A stretch of DNA of 64,000 nucleotides from Macrostomum lignano (GCA_002269645.1 NIVC01003335.1:37787-101786); one strand, 5' to 3'; positions 10,601 to 23,700 are shown, numbered from the stretch's first letter. Numbers and translations: made by a program. Notes: a model not told the origin generated them from the sequence alone.

Positions 10601-13600
10601 AAGTAATTTTGGTCTAGGATAGAATCTTTGCATGGCTAATTTAGAACTTAAAATTGTGTACTTTTTTAAAGAATGTTTATACATTAACATGTGCAAATAT
10701 TTCTTATATTGCAATACTTAAAGACTTCTTAAAGTTGTAACAATAAAGGACCTTTTATGGTTTGTCATTTTGACAATAAAATATATTTTTGCCCAAAGCC
10801 AATTGCTTTTACATGCAATAAAATCTGTTTTACATGTTACAAGTGCCAGAGTTTAGATAGTTTATATATATGCCAGAAATTCCAACATACAAAAGACCTG
10901 GAGTACACCATTGGCATACAACTTGGTGTACAAAAGGGCCTAATGTGCCTTTTTGGTATATAGCTTGGCATATAGAGATTGTTAAGATAGCACATTGGAC
11001 CAAGTTTGATTTGTCCCAACCAATCCCAGCATTGGTACAAGTGTAATATACAACCTTTTAAAATGAAATCATACTTCAAGTTTTTAGCAATGACTCAAGT
11101 GCACAAGTTTGTCTAATATGTATACACAAGTTTATCAAAAATATGCATGCAAGTTTTTTGCAATACATACAGAATGCATCTTGGATTTTGTACAAAAATT
11201 CTTTCTTTGCCTCCTATCACATAAAAAATTATCAACTCATATAACATAGTCTAGATCATGCAAGGTGCATACCTGAACAAAAATTGAATTATAAATGCCC
11301 GCCTGGCTGTCGTAATCTGGTTTTCATCTGGCCTCGTCCGGTTTAACCCGTTTTAGGGGGGTGTTTTCGGACCAAAAAGATGTTGATCCGGTTTTGATCC
11401 AGTTTTTGTTTCTGGACCAAAAACTGGGCCAAAATCCGGAGTAAAGCCGGATGAAAGAGTTCTCTTTGTGACTCTTTTCATCCAGTTTTTGATCCGGTTG
11501 ACTTGTCGATTAAACTCTAACAATCAGCCAGATTGAAAACCAGATGAAAACTGGAAGAAAGCATATCTTGGTCCGGAATTTTGTCCGGTTTTACATCCTG
11601 TCCATTGACCCACCAAAAGCCAGATAAAGACCAATGCACAAAATGGAAGAAGTCCAGATGAAATACTGAGTTCGGAAAGGGGACTTGGATTTTTTATGAG
11701 TAAGTAATTTGCAAGACTGCATTGAGTTGTTATTAGGTAAAGAAATATGTAATGAGTGACCAATGTGACCACTGCTGTGTTATTTGTGTTTTTCTGTGCT
11801 TTTTTAAAATAGCTGTGTTATTGTGTTTTTTAAGAAGTCATCTTTTTTCTGTGTTAAACTTAAATAAACAGCCCAATTTAGCTTTTTCTTGTGTTTTTAT
11901 ATTTTCTACTTGGGTGGAAAGGAACTGGCAATAGCAAGGAAGGCCACTAGCCTAGACAAATAGGGTAATACCGTCTCAATCTATCCCTACAATGTATGAT
12001 TGATGATGATATTGATTTAAAATGAAAATGTGCTGCTTGAATTAGCTGGAATGAATTAAAACAAGAATTTCTATTCAGACAATAAATAAGCATTGGCAAA
12101 ATTGCTATAGTGAATGTTTTTCACTTTTTCTTCATTTAAGTAGCTACTGTGTTTTTTCTTTCTAGCTGGGTTATTTCTCACATTTTTGTTGCTGGTCACA
12201 CTGTGAGTGACATAAATTGTGAAGTACTTGTAAGTATTGAATTATAGAGCTGTATCACTAAAGATGGTATAAAAGCCATACATTTTGTGGCAAAAGCCGT
12301 AGTAATTTTGTGCCATATGTTATCCTAATTTCAATTTAAATACACTGTTGTCTATGTTGCCTTTGGCCTATGTTTAATGGAATTTTCCAAAGTTTATTGC
12401 TTATGCTTTGTGATTCAATAACTAATTATGTTTAGTTGTCTATAGTGTATCTTTCTTATCAGTCCAGCAATCAGATCAAAGACACAATAATGAAAAAGAA
12501 GGGAGTATATTATATTATCAGTTGAAGGAACAAAGACATGCTGAATATGCACGATGTACCTATTGCCTGCAATCTATACACCATGGTGGGTATTTTAGAA
12601 CAGTAACTTTACTTAACATTACTAACGTGTACAATAATCACTGTTCTGCAGATAGGTAATATCAACCTTGGGTCTACATTTCTAGTTTTCTGTTGACATT
12701 TTGTTTCACTCCTAGTATGGAAAAATGTATATGTCGCTATTTTTTCTGTTGTCCCCAATTTTATAAGTGAGTTTTTTTTCTGCGCCTATTTCTTCGTGTA
12801 GCTGGAAGTTTTTCTTCTGTGAAATTTCTAGTTTTTCTGCCTAGTACTAATTTGTAGCCGCCTAAAAGATAGTGTGTCATCTCATTCTCCATTTCTCCTG
12901 ATTTGTCCACCCAATATGAGGTTTTGCCATTCTATTTTTGACTCAAGCATGTCTTGTGTATTTGCATTTTTAGCGACATGCAACTTTAACAATTATCTTT
13001 GGTTTCATACATGCGCAACTTCCAAAATTTGGTCGGCTGTGCAACTTAGTTTTAACAAAAATGCGACATGGTTTTTTGGCCAAAAATGCGACTTACATGT
13101 AAAAAAACCAACGCAACTTTGGGTTAACGGCAAGAGTAACTATGACTGTCTTATTAAAGAAAAATGCCTTGTCATCTACTTAGTACTACTTTTGTATTTA
13201 TTTGGGTGGGCATTTTTGCGACTTACATTGGTTGGCCGCCAAATCGGTCGGCCGACTATTGCGCATGTATGTTCGGTTTCAATATTCGGTACAAAAAAAC
13301 CAATGCAACTTTGGGTTAACAGCAAGAGTAACTATGACTCTCTTATTAAGGAAAAATGCCTTGTCATCTACTTAGTACTACTTTTGTATTTATTCGGGTG
13401 GGCATTTTTGCGACTTACATTGGTTGGCCGCCAAATCGGTCAGCCGACTATTGCGCATGTATCTTCGGTTTCAATATATTCAGCTTCCACTACTCTATCT
13501 AGCAAAGTGAATTAAAGGTTGGCCACCCTCTGTGCAAGTGCAATATACCTTGCTTTCTTTGAGGTGTTTCCAGCAATTTGTTTTCTTACATTTTCAAAAG

Positions 13601-15995
13601 ATTTCGTCTTGTTGTCAACCTTACTTAGTTCTTTAACATGTTATCTGCTTTCCCATCCGGTAGACTTGTGCATACATTTGATCTGGAATTTTGTCCAGTT
13701 TCTCATCCGGTAGACATGTGCATACATTTGATCTGGCATTCATCCGGAATTTCATCCAGTTTCATCTGGTGGAGGTGTGCATACATTTGATCCGGCATTC
13801 ATCTGGAATTTTGTCCGGTTTCTCATCCGGTGGAGGCATGCATACATTTCGTCCAGATTTGCTCCACAATTTGCTCCGCCCTGTTCTCTGCAGCTTTCCA
13901 GATAGCTTCCTGGATGAATTTCCGGACTAATGTTGGTTGAACACCCAGATGAAAGGTCAAATATGCATGTTTTCATCTGGTTTGTAAACTTTTCATCCGG
14001 CTCTCATCCGGTTTTTAAATGAGACATTTGTATTACATACCAGATGAAATTCGGGATGTTGCTTTGGATGAAAACCAGATTATGACAGCCAGGCGGGTGC
14101 ACACAAAAAATTTTGAGTATACACTCACACTCTTAAATTTATGCTAGAATTGCAACAATAAATGACCTTTTTTGGGTTGCGTGAAGAACACTTTTGGCTA
14201 ATTATTTGGTTGATTTTTTTGCTTTTTCCCCTATATTATTTATAGCAAAAAATTGATATATGCAAATATTTGTTTAAATGCCTTAATACAAGCTTGAAAA
14301 AACTAGAAAGCTTAATATTTTTTACTTAAAATGATTTTTATTTTTTTCACTTATTCTTTTTTTACTAACTCTTTCACAAGATTCTATAAGTTGTATGCCA
14401 GGTGTGCATGCATACTAATTTCTCAGGAGTGATGCACGCCAACTGTGCATGCCTACTTTTGGCATACCTACACTCAAGGTTACATGTACACCAGAATTTT
14501 CCAACATACCATTGAAGAGTTTGGCATATTAGGGTACCACTTTGGGGCACCACCCCTATTGGAATAAGTTTCAAAAACCTGCGGACATGCAACATGGGTG
14601 CCAAAATTGTGCCTTCAAAAGCATGACGCGACACCAAATTTTGTTGACTAGGGGGGTGGCGATGCAACGTGCAACGCAACACTGACAACCGAATAACCAG
14701 GGGGAGGGGGGAGGACACCATAGCAGCCACGTTGCAATTGACAATTTCTGTTTTGCCATTCACTCCCAACACCAAGACCATGGAGTGAGAGACAAAAGTA
14801 TTCCTTTCAATTTTGCAGAAAAAGAAATGAAATTTAAAAACAATAAACAGTAAAACAACAAAGGTACAACACTTAGAAAACAGTGCATGCATTGTAACTA
14901 ACAAGTAACATTTCTAAAAATTATATTTGAAGTATTAGTTACTTTACCGTCAAAATAAAAAAGAACAATTCAAGAACTAGTTATTATCAAACATGTTTAA
15001 AACATTTAAATACCAAGAAACAACCATAAACATATTACAATGAAACACAGTTTATGAGGTTTTGGCTACATATCTAGGCCGCAACGCGACACATGATGCC
15101 AGACACCAAGTTGCCACACTGTTGCGTTGCATTGTGCAATGCATGACGACATCTGGTTTCCAATGTTGCGCAACATGACACACCACTTGATACCACTGTT
15201 GCACAATGCGACACCAGGAGAATCCAAAAATGTGACGGATGGTCATCCACATTTTGTCAACTTATTCCAATAGGGGGCACCATTTTAAGCTTGAGAAACT
15301 TTTGGCACACCCACTACTATAATTTTTCTTTTACAAAACTACATGCACATTGTAGGCCTAACATTAACAACAATGAGAGTTTAAAAAATTCCATTTTTAT
15401 TTACAATAGTAATAGTACTTTTCCAAATATAAAGTTTTAAAATTTGTTAGTACCTATTAATATTTTTGATTATTCAAAGATGTTATAGAAAGTTTTTGTT
15501 TAACTAAAGAACATTTTTGGAAAATTTAGAAAATGTGCAGTTTCTAAATGCAATTTAACTTGATGTGATAGATTTTTGCAATGTAAATTTGGCATTGTTT
15601 GGAATCTGTGCGCAACAGCAAAAGTCCTTGAATTGTCGCAACAGTTGCAAAAAAGGTCCTTTATTGTTGCAAGCGCAAATTTCAAAATGGTCCTTTCCTT
15701 AGACACTAAATCTTTGATTGATACTTCTAAATCTTCTTTAGTTAGATACCAAATCTTCGAAATAAAAGATGCATAGCCATAGGCCTAGTTAAGTAGACGA
15801 AAATTACTAGACCTAATTGCAAAAAAAATTTCTAAACATTATTTATGGGCGAAACGGTCTAAAAAGGAAAGATGTCCTTGGCAGGAATGGTTTAGTTTGG
15901 GGCGAAACAGCCAGAATTATGCATTACCAGTAAAAATACAGCAATACTGCAAAATAATTTAGCTAATAGTAGCAGAAAAAACAGGAGCTTACCAT
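4652..15995 (-). CDS. EEF2: Eukaryotic translation elongation factor 2, 6 coding exons, about 849 aa once a 1-nt deletion in the last exon is corrected
   Basis: Exons (minus): 15993-15995 (ATG only, followed by GTAAGC donor), 8580-8945, 7624-8127, 6412-7278, 5493-6050, 4652-4902. All junctions are GT-AG, phase 0. Motifs: AHVDHGKST (G1), [39 protein letters not shown], diphthamide loop [15 protein letters not shown]. The C-terminus [13 protein letters not shown]...FLDKL* needs one extra base near 4803-4806. Confidence 0.96.
5003..5420. repeat. 22-bp minisatellite in eEF2 intron 5
   Basis: (ggaatataagggcgattcccat)n. Confidence 0.95.
7374..7446 (-). ncRNA. Intronic box C/D snoRNA candidate (copy A, eEF2 intron 3)
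   Basis: Minus strand reads acctgcac-ATGATGA(C)-ccttatactgccccagg-CTGA(D')-AT-rich linker-TTGAGGA(C')-ttcagttct-CTGA(D)-tgcaggt. It has a 7-bp terminal stem, is in the sense orientation of the host gene, and ends about 95 nt upstream of the 3' splice site. Confidence 0.85.
7493..7582 (-). ncRNA. Intronic box C/D snoRNA candidate (copy B, diverged paralog, eEF2 intron 3)
   Basis: Minus strand reads cagctc..GTGATGA(C)-ccttatactgccccagg-CTAA(D')-linker-TGATGA(C')-ttcagtttgt-CTGA(D)..gagctg. The terminal stem differs from copy A (cagctc/gagctg), but the 17-nt guide is identical. Confidence 0.8.
8214..8288 (-). ncRNA. Intronic box C/D snoRNA candidate (copy C, eEF2 intron 2)
   Basis: Nearly identical to copy A, differing only in the D'-C' linker. 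It has the acctgca/tgcaggt stem and ends about 86 nt upstream of the 3' splice site. Confidence 0.85.
8291..8446 (-). mobile_element. Internally deleted CORE-type tRNA-derived SINE with 12-bp target site duplication
   Basis: tRNA-like head (A box TAGCCTAGTG, B box GGTTCGATTC), CORE-like segment and AT-rich tail. Flanked by the direct repeat atgtgcaggtaa at 8279-8290 and 8447-8458. Confidence 0.8.
9945..10571. mobile_element. MITE-like element with imperfect TIR and ccatag/ctatgg subterminal repeats
   Basis: tagtgttttgctgta versus the reverse complement of tactgcggaacacta; the repeated ccatag/ctatgg motifs point inward. No clear TSD. Confidence 0.45.
11298..14097. mobile_element. Non-autonomous DNA transposon, EnSpm/CACTA(CMC)-like, 2.8 kb, in eEF2 intron 1
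   Basis: 31-bp TIR cccgcctggctgtc(g/a)taatctggttttcatc with one mismatch; CCC...GGG ends; 2-bp TG flanks; arrays of subterminal atccgg/gatgaaa motifs; internal tandem duplication of about 190 bp near 13090-13470; no transposase ORF. Confidence 0.75.
14553..15276. mobile_element. MITE with 18-bp perfect TIR and 6-bp TSD
   Basis: TIR cccctattggaataagtt / aacttattccaatagggg; gcacca directly on both flanks (14547-14552, 15277-15282); internal gcaac/gttgc motif repeats. Confidence 0.75.
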
Positions 15996-17063
15996 TTTTA
16001 GGCTGCTTCCAGGTTCCAACTGCGATACAAAATACTTTAAACACTAATAAACTCACACTACTATCGATCTATGAAAAGTCAGTAAAAAGGAGAACGTTTT
16101 TTGAAATTGTTGTTGCATATAGAACTTTTCTAACAGTTACAGTAAAACAAAGACTATTTTTAAAAAGCTTTGCTGAAGCAGATGTTTTTGCGTTTATTGT
16201 ATTTATCTATTTATTTAAATATAATTTTTTATTAAAATGTTAAATGTACTCGTGTAACGACTAATAAAAAATGCATTTGGTAGGAGTATGGCTTTAGATT
16301 TTTTGTCTAATTATTTAAGTCAATTAAATTTCGACTTAATCCGCACTGCGGATTAGCATCACGCGCGGTACTGTCAGCCAATACTGACTCAGTAGAGAAT
16401 TGTTGTTTCAAATACTGTTACAAATATGGATGTGAGATACAAAGAATTCAGACAGTTTATTTCTGGGTTTTTTTCTAAATCACTAATATTTTTTACTTTA
16501 TTCTGCTAGCACTCATACACCAAATATGACATATTTTGAATTTCTTTGTTGTTGTATCTCAAGTTTAATCAGTCTAACTAGTTTATCGATCAAACTGCCA
16601 GTTTTTAGATAGCCATAATTTTCAGTCACCCTAAATTTCATAAAATGATATACGAGTGGTACATAAATTATGTTCCTATTAGATTAGAGAAAGGAGTTAC
16701 AATAAAAATTGCAGTATTTTATTCTATTTTTTACAGACAGCCTACTTATCACATTTACCCTAACAGCTCTATTTTTCTTCAACCAATTGGATAAATTATC
16801 AATTAGTTTTCTACTAAACGCTACGCTACCATGATAATTGAAATCACTATGGTCAAGTTAGGAAACAATTTTACTTAGTCACCGACAATATAACTATTGC
16901 ACATGAGAAGAAGAAGAAGAAAAGCATAATTTCAATTTCATTTAATTCAATGATATGCATTTTTTGAAACTTTAACTCAAAACTAATAAATAGAGTTCAA
17001 CCCCCTCTTTTGATGAAGCAGTTAAAAGAAATTCATTGATAGCAGCAGTTATTACTAATTGCA
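15996..17063. promoter_or_regulatory. Bidirectional promoter region between eEF2 (minus) and DENND3-like (plus), with a TCT/TOP-like pyrimidine initiator for eEF2
   Basis: The two start codons are about 1.07 kb apart, head-to-head. Minus-strand TTCTCCTTTTT at 16094-16084 contains the YCTYTYY motif about 90 nt upstream of the eEF2 ATG. Perfect inverted repeat taatccgc-act-gcggatta at 16337-16355. Confidence 0.55.
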
Positions 17064-20000
17064 ATGTCTGGCTTTTATCTAAAGAATCGTCTCTTAGAAG
17101 TACTTGTCGTAGTTGGCGCCGATGACAGCAGCAGTCTCCGGCCTCGGCCAGGCGGCGGCGCTGGCAGCGGTCCAAACAAGCTGCTGACCAGCATCGCCTA
17201 CGAGCCTTGTTTCCTAGCAACTGTCAACGAATCTAAGGCGGTTTTTCCCAACAAGTTAGTATTTGTGTCTTTAGCGTGCTTTTCCATAGATTATTGATCG
17301 TCAGCTTTAATAATTCTGAACTTCCTAATTGTCAATAGCTTGAAAACAGGGGGTTGTAGGTTGTAGCCTAGTGGTTAGAGCGTCGGACTCACGACTAAAA
17401 GGTCGGGGGTTCGATTCTCGACCCACTCAGAACAATTTGTGTCCTGGAGCAAGACACTTAACTCTGCATTGCTTCAGTTCACCCAGCGGTAAAATGGGTG
17501 CCAGCACTAGCTCGGGTAATTGAGGGTGCGTGGCGACCCCCAGTCCTTGGACTGAACAGCCGTACGCAGCCTTCAGATGCGCCGCGCAATAGCTGCGGCT
17601 GAGCTGTCGGTTGCACATCTGTCTATTTGTGTAGGTATAATCAATTATTATTATTAATATTGAAACAACAATAGCTCGGACGAAACACATAACTACAATG
17701 AAAACCGGCCATCACTTGAAATTCGCAAAATTTCCAACTGCCCTCTAACTTACATGCAGTTGTCCTATTGTCAACGAGGTTGTCTATTAAAGAAAGCAAT
17801 TGTTTCTCTTTCTAATCAATTTACAGCCACCCGCCAGTGGCTCCGTTCTACCCGCTGCCAGCTTTCCACGCGGGCTCGAGGGCCTCTCGCTCCCTCGCCC
17901 AGGGTCGGCTGGTTGAGCAGCAGCATCAGCAGCCGCCTGCCCAGACTCCCACCATGATAGAGGAGGAGGATGAAGAGGAAGAAGACAGCGAGGCGCCGGT
18001 TAGATGAAAGAGAGCTTTTTCATAATTGATTTTTAGCTACTTAAACTTCAGGAAGATAATCAGGAAGATATTGGCCTGAGGAGGGTTGGGGGGAATTAAT
18101 TTGGGACTTGTTGTGCACCGAACTTGGCCCTGGGAGGTGGGGTTGTCGCACGATTTACATCCAACCCATAAGAGCCTACACCCCAAGGCACAGAGAGTGT
18201 ACATGCCTGACGATTAGCAAGTCGGGCCGCTGTACACCCCTATGCGAGTGTGTACCTGTGTACGTATCCGCTGCGTGCTCGTGGGTTCGCTCAACGGGCA
18301 CGATTGCTTTCTTCCTTGCTGCCTTCGGGTCGATGTCGTCTTTGATTTCTCAGAAACTCAGCTAAGCCCTAGTTCCGTTTTTTGATAGAAGCAACGTTTA
18401 TATTCATTGCGAATTTACTGCGGCTCGCTCTAATCCTTCGAGCAGCCTTATTTAGCGAGCCTTGGTGTCGGAGGCGGCAGCAGCAGCGGCGGCGGCGGTG
18501 GTGGCGGCCGTGGGGGTCGTCGCCTGGGCATCGTCCAGTCCCTGCTTCCGTCGTCTTCGCCGCGGCAGTCAATCTCGGCGGCATCTAGTAGGCAGGCTCG
18601 TCGGCCGAGCTTTGCCCGAGCGAATGCTGACGTTGTTAAGTCGCTGATGTCTGACGAGGACCAGCAGCAGCAGACTCTGGCTCGACTGATGCGTCGACGA
18701 CCAACGCTCACCGGTAGCAGCGTCGGCGGCGGCGGCATCGGCGGCGGCCTGTCTGGTGTTGGCGGAGCCGACGGTAGACGAATGTCGTCTGTGCGCAACA
18801 TTGCGGTGACAAAGCACGAGAAGAAGGTGGCTGGCGAGGTGGCGGAAGGACTGCCGGATCTCTGCTACCCGGAAGGCTTGCAGGTTTGTACTTTTAAGCA
18901 TAATGGTGCGTTTGTGTGTTTTGAATTCTACTGTTCTCCAATGCCCATCGATGCCGTATGTCTAGAATTATCTCGCTTTTTGTCTTGTATTTGGTCACAA
19001 AGTCTTGAATTTGTCACCCTGTCTTGAATTGGTCACCGTGTCTTGAATTGGTCACCGTGTCTTGAATTTGTCACCCTGTCTTGAATTGGTCACTGTGTCT
19101 TGAATTGGTCACCGTGTCTTGAATTGGTCACCGTGTCTTGAATTGGTCAGTGTCTTGAATTGGTCAGTGTCTTGAATTGGTCAGTGTCTTGAATTGGTCA
19201 GTGTCTTGAATTGGTCAGTGTCTTGAATTGGTCAGTGTCTTGAATTGGTCAGTGTCTTGAATTGGTCAGTGTCTTGAATTGGTCAGTGTCTTGAATTGGT
19301 CAGTGTCTTGAATTGGTCAGTGTCTTGAATTGGTCAGTGTCTTGAATTGGTCAGTGTCTTGAATTGGTCAGTGTCTTGAATTGGTCAGTGTCTTGAATTG
19401 GTCACTTGAATTGGTCAGTGTCTTGAATTGGTCAGTGTCTTGAATTGGTCAGTGTCTTGAATTGGTCACTGTGTCTTGAATTGGTCAGTGTCTTGAATTG
19501 GTCAGTGTCTTGAATTGGTCAGTGTCTTGAATTGGTCAGTGTCTTGAATTGGTCACTGTCACCCTGTCTTAAATTGGTCACCGTGTCTTGAATTGGTCAC
19601 CCTGTCTTGAATTTGTCACCCTGTCTGTCTTGAATTGGTCACCCACCGTGAATCTTGAAATTGGTCACTATGTCTTGAATTGGTCACCGTGTCTTGAATT
19701 GGTCACCGTGTCTTGAATTGGTCACCGTGCTTTAGATAACTAAGTTTTCACCTCCCATCTGCAGATCAGTGCCCGCCCCTTGGAAGCGAGGATCGATTAT
19801 CATGTGTTGACGCACATATCTGGCGACCGACTCTACGCCACCCTGCTGACATTCGGTCGGCAGTACCGCGCCAGACGGCAACCCAGCCTGGCTAATGCTG
19901 GCCCCAACAGCGATGAGGACGCCGAAGAGGATGCAGACGATGACAGCTTGGTGCAGCTTCGCTTAGAGGAAGACTGTCGAGACGATGACGTGGATGGACT

Positions 20001-20706
20001 GAATGATGAGGTGCGCTTGTTTAACATCATTGGGTAGCCCGGATATAGGTTTTTAAGCCTGAATTTTGGCTCTGCCGCAAATCCCGTTGAAAACGTTACC
20101 GTGACAAGAATCGCTAAAGAGACATTGCAAATAACTCACTAGGCTACTCTTGTGACTTTTAAACGACTCAATCGACTGTAATGCGATGGAGAGGCGACTG
20201 TTGAGTCATCAGCGCATCACATGAGTTGTAGAAGCGTTCCGAAAAAGTCGTCCAGGAGTCATTGTGTTAGCGCTTACCTTTCTACTGAATTCACTCGACT
20301 AAATAGAGTTGTAATAAATGCGAAATGCGATTCGACGAGCGTAGCGTGACAAACGAAAAATTTTGAATAAGTGTGCGGGAAAGCGGACAGACAGGACACC
20401 ATCAAAAGCAGTGCTTAAATGCGTGCACAACAAACAAAAGCGGTGCTATTTACTACTGTTAGTAGAAAGCTACGATTTAAACCACACAAAGCACTACTAT
20501 AAAAGCTACTACGACCACAACGACAAAGAATGCTAGTGTTGATACACGACTATATTACTAATACTACTACTACCACCCCGACCACGACCACTACTAGTAC
20601 TAGAAGTACCACTATTACTACTACTACTACTACTACTACTACTACCAATACTACTACAACAACTACTACTTATACTACTACCTCTACCAATATCACTACA
20701 ACTACT

Positions 20707-20741
<35 letters not shown>

Positions 20742-23700
20742 ATACCACTACTACTACCACTACTACTACCACTACTACTACCACTACACCAGGGGATTAC
20801 CGGAGTCGGCTTTTTAAAAGCGGATCCGCCAGCGTGAGCTGCGGGAGTTCGCAACAGATGCGGCCGGCCGACAGACTTAGCGGCCGACGCGGCTGAATAA
20901 TTGGCCGAAGCTTTGCCAATCGGGGTAATTCTAGATTCTAGATGCGCTTTTGACGCAACTCAGTGAATATACAGCGGCTCTGGCAGGCCTCAGATACGAC
21001 TTTACGGCTCCAGGGTTGTTATAGAAGCGCCCCGGAACCGTTGCAGAGTCTCAGTCAATAAAGCGCCTCAAATTGACTCTTAGACCACTCTTTGCCGGCT
21101 TTTTGGCGATTTGTTTTAGAGTCGTATAGAGTCACTTCTTTCCTATTTTACCTGTTACCTGCAACGACTCTGGAGCGACGTAAGTGACTTTGGTACGTTT
21201 CTTTGCCTAGTTACCGTCTTCATGGGGTGAATCCTTCGCTCAATACCTAATCCAGGTTCTCAGGGCAGCGTCAATTTCAATTTCAGATTGTCTACGTGCC
21301 CTCCACCGTCATCCTGGTCTCCAAACTGCCCTATTTCTCCGTACTAAAAACCTCGCTGTCAGCCATTCTGTCCCGTGTCAGCCAAGAGGATCCGCACAAC
21401 TTCAACTCTATCATAATGTCGGCCACCATCGCTCTGTGCAGCACCCCTGTGCCGCCTCCATCAGACACCTGTCTGGGCATCCAGTCTGAACTATTTGGCG
21501 TCACGCTGAACCTACTGCCGCCGATGCCTCGCATAGGCCTAGTGGTTGACTTTGACGTCACGGTACTGTTTCGCAGTCTGCCATTGGACGATATTCTACT
21601 GTTGTTGTCGGCGCTGCTCACTGATCAGCGCATCGTGGTGACAAGCTCCGACGCGTCACTGATCGCTCTGGTGATGGAGTCGCTGCTGCTGCTGCTCTAT
21701 CCGATGCGCTGGAACTTGCCGTACATGTCCAACATACCGAGCGTGGAGTTCCTCGGCGCGCCTCAGCCATTCTTTTTTGGCTGTCATTCCAACTGTCGCG
21801 ACGAAGTGAACGAAACTGCCGGGCTAGTGGTTGGAGACTTGGACTCTGGCAAGGTGTACCTGACAGAACCGGCCGAACTGGTGCCATCGATGCCCAGGTG
21901 CGAGTCCAGACTGTGTTTTGTATGTTTCTTTTAGTCAGCCGTCGTTCATCGCGAATCGAGATTAGGGAATTTGTGCGATTCGCAACCACGAGGGTCAACC
22001 CCAAGGCGTAGAGAGTGTACATGCTTGACAACGAAAGTCAGGGCCGCTGTACACCCTGGGTGACGCTGGCTGTGGGACGATGTCGCCGAAGGCGTGGCAC
22101 TATGGCACTATGGCCTTTTCATAATTTGTCTAAGCATCCGGTTATTACCCCCCCCCTTAATTAACAGGGATGTGCTGCGTCGATTAAAAGATCAATTATC
22201 GCCGAGGCTGAAGAAGCTGAACTTTGACTGGGTCATTCTATCCAAGCCCGATGCTCTGTCCATCGAGGACTTCAACAAGCAGAAGACTCAATTCAACATG
22301 GAAAATCGGCACCTGCTACTGAACACTTTCCTTCAGCTTATGGTCGAGTTATTCGGCGCAGTGACCCAGTTCATCAAAGAGGAGGCTCGCTTCTTCAACA
22401 AAGACGGCTATTTGAACTCGCTGCCCAATGCCGATCGGTCATTCTACGAAATGGTTGTCAACGGCACCATGTTTGACGCGTTCTTGCACGACCGGCTCGA
22501 CAACCGGGAGGACGCCTGGGATCGGCAGGCTCGCAGCAACCGGAAGCAGAGCTACGCACAGACTAAAAAGCGTCAGTCGACCGCGCTGATGTCCATGCCA
22601 CGAGTGCCGGAGCTGGAGCCGAGTCAGCGCAATCCGGACTACCTGCAGCTGCCGGAGTACTTCCCCAAGGAGGCTGGCGGCGACGGATTCTATCAGCGCT
22701 GCATCGACATGCTGGGCAGGCAGCTGGATGGAGCCGAGAGAAGCAGGTCTGAAACACTTCTAGCTTAGCTACACCATCTCAAAAGTACACCATAGAGCTA
22801 CACCATCTCAGAGCTACACCATCTCAGAGCTACACCATCTCAGAGCTACACCATCTCAGAGCTGCACCATCTCAGAGCTACACCATCTCAGAGGTACACC
22901 ATCTCAGAGGTACACCATCTCAGAGCTAACCATCTCAGAGCTACACCATCTCAGAGATACACCATCTCAAAGCTGCACCATCTCAAAGGTAAACCATCTC
23001 AAAGCTACACCATCTCAAAGCTACACCATCTCAGAGCTACACCATCTCAGAGATACACCATCTCAAAGCTGCACCATCTCAAAGGTAAACCATCTCACAG
23101 CTACACCATCTCAAAGCTACACCATCTCAAAGCTACACCATCTCAAAGCTACACCCCAATCCCAAAGCTATGCACCATCTCAAAGCTGCACCTTTCTAAC
23201 CTTCCAACATTTTAATTTGCACCCAGGCGCGTGGCGATTCACTACCTGCGCAGCATGTACCACTTGGCCACTGGTCAGAATGTGCCAGCTCTGCGCGACT
23301 GTCACGAGTGCTACAGACTGGACAGTCGCCTGGTGAACCAGCCGGCAGTTCGCGAGATCATGCGCGGCCTGTCAGATGCCGAGCGTCAGGCATTGAAAGA
23401 GGAGCTGGACCAGCTGCGCCAGTTCGTTCATTCAGCTAGCGGTGGCAACTTCGATTTGGACGCCGAGGACAGCTTCGAGCAGCCGGCGTCGATCATGACG
23501 GCCGCTGTGGCAGCCGCAGCTGCAGCCGCCGCCGTAGCAGGCGGAGACGTCGTCGACACAATTGATTCCGGCGACGAAGCTTTAAAAGATCGGCGAAGAA
23601 TTAGTCGCCAAATTCAGCTGCCAACTCGCTGCATCAGCAAGACGAGCTTCGGCGAGTGTCTGGCCAATCTGGGCATCAGCTTCGACGAGGAACTCCAGCG

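Noticed and set aside
12874-13515. 213-aa ORF inside the 2.8-kb TIR element as a transposase
   Set aside because: No ATG start, no DDE or transposase motifs, and its repetitiveness reflects an internal tandem duplication.
17349-17425. tRNA gene calls at the SINE heads (also 28785, 41011, 58505, 8380-8446)
   Set aside because: The acceptor and anticodon stems are imperfect, and each head continues into a shared SINE body and tail.
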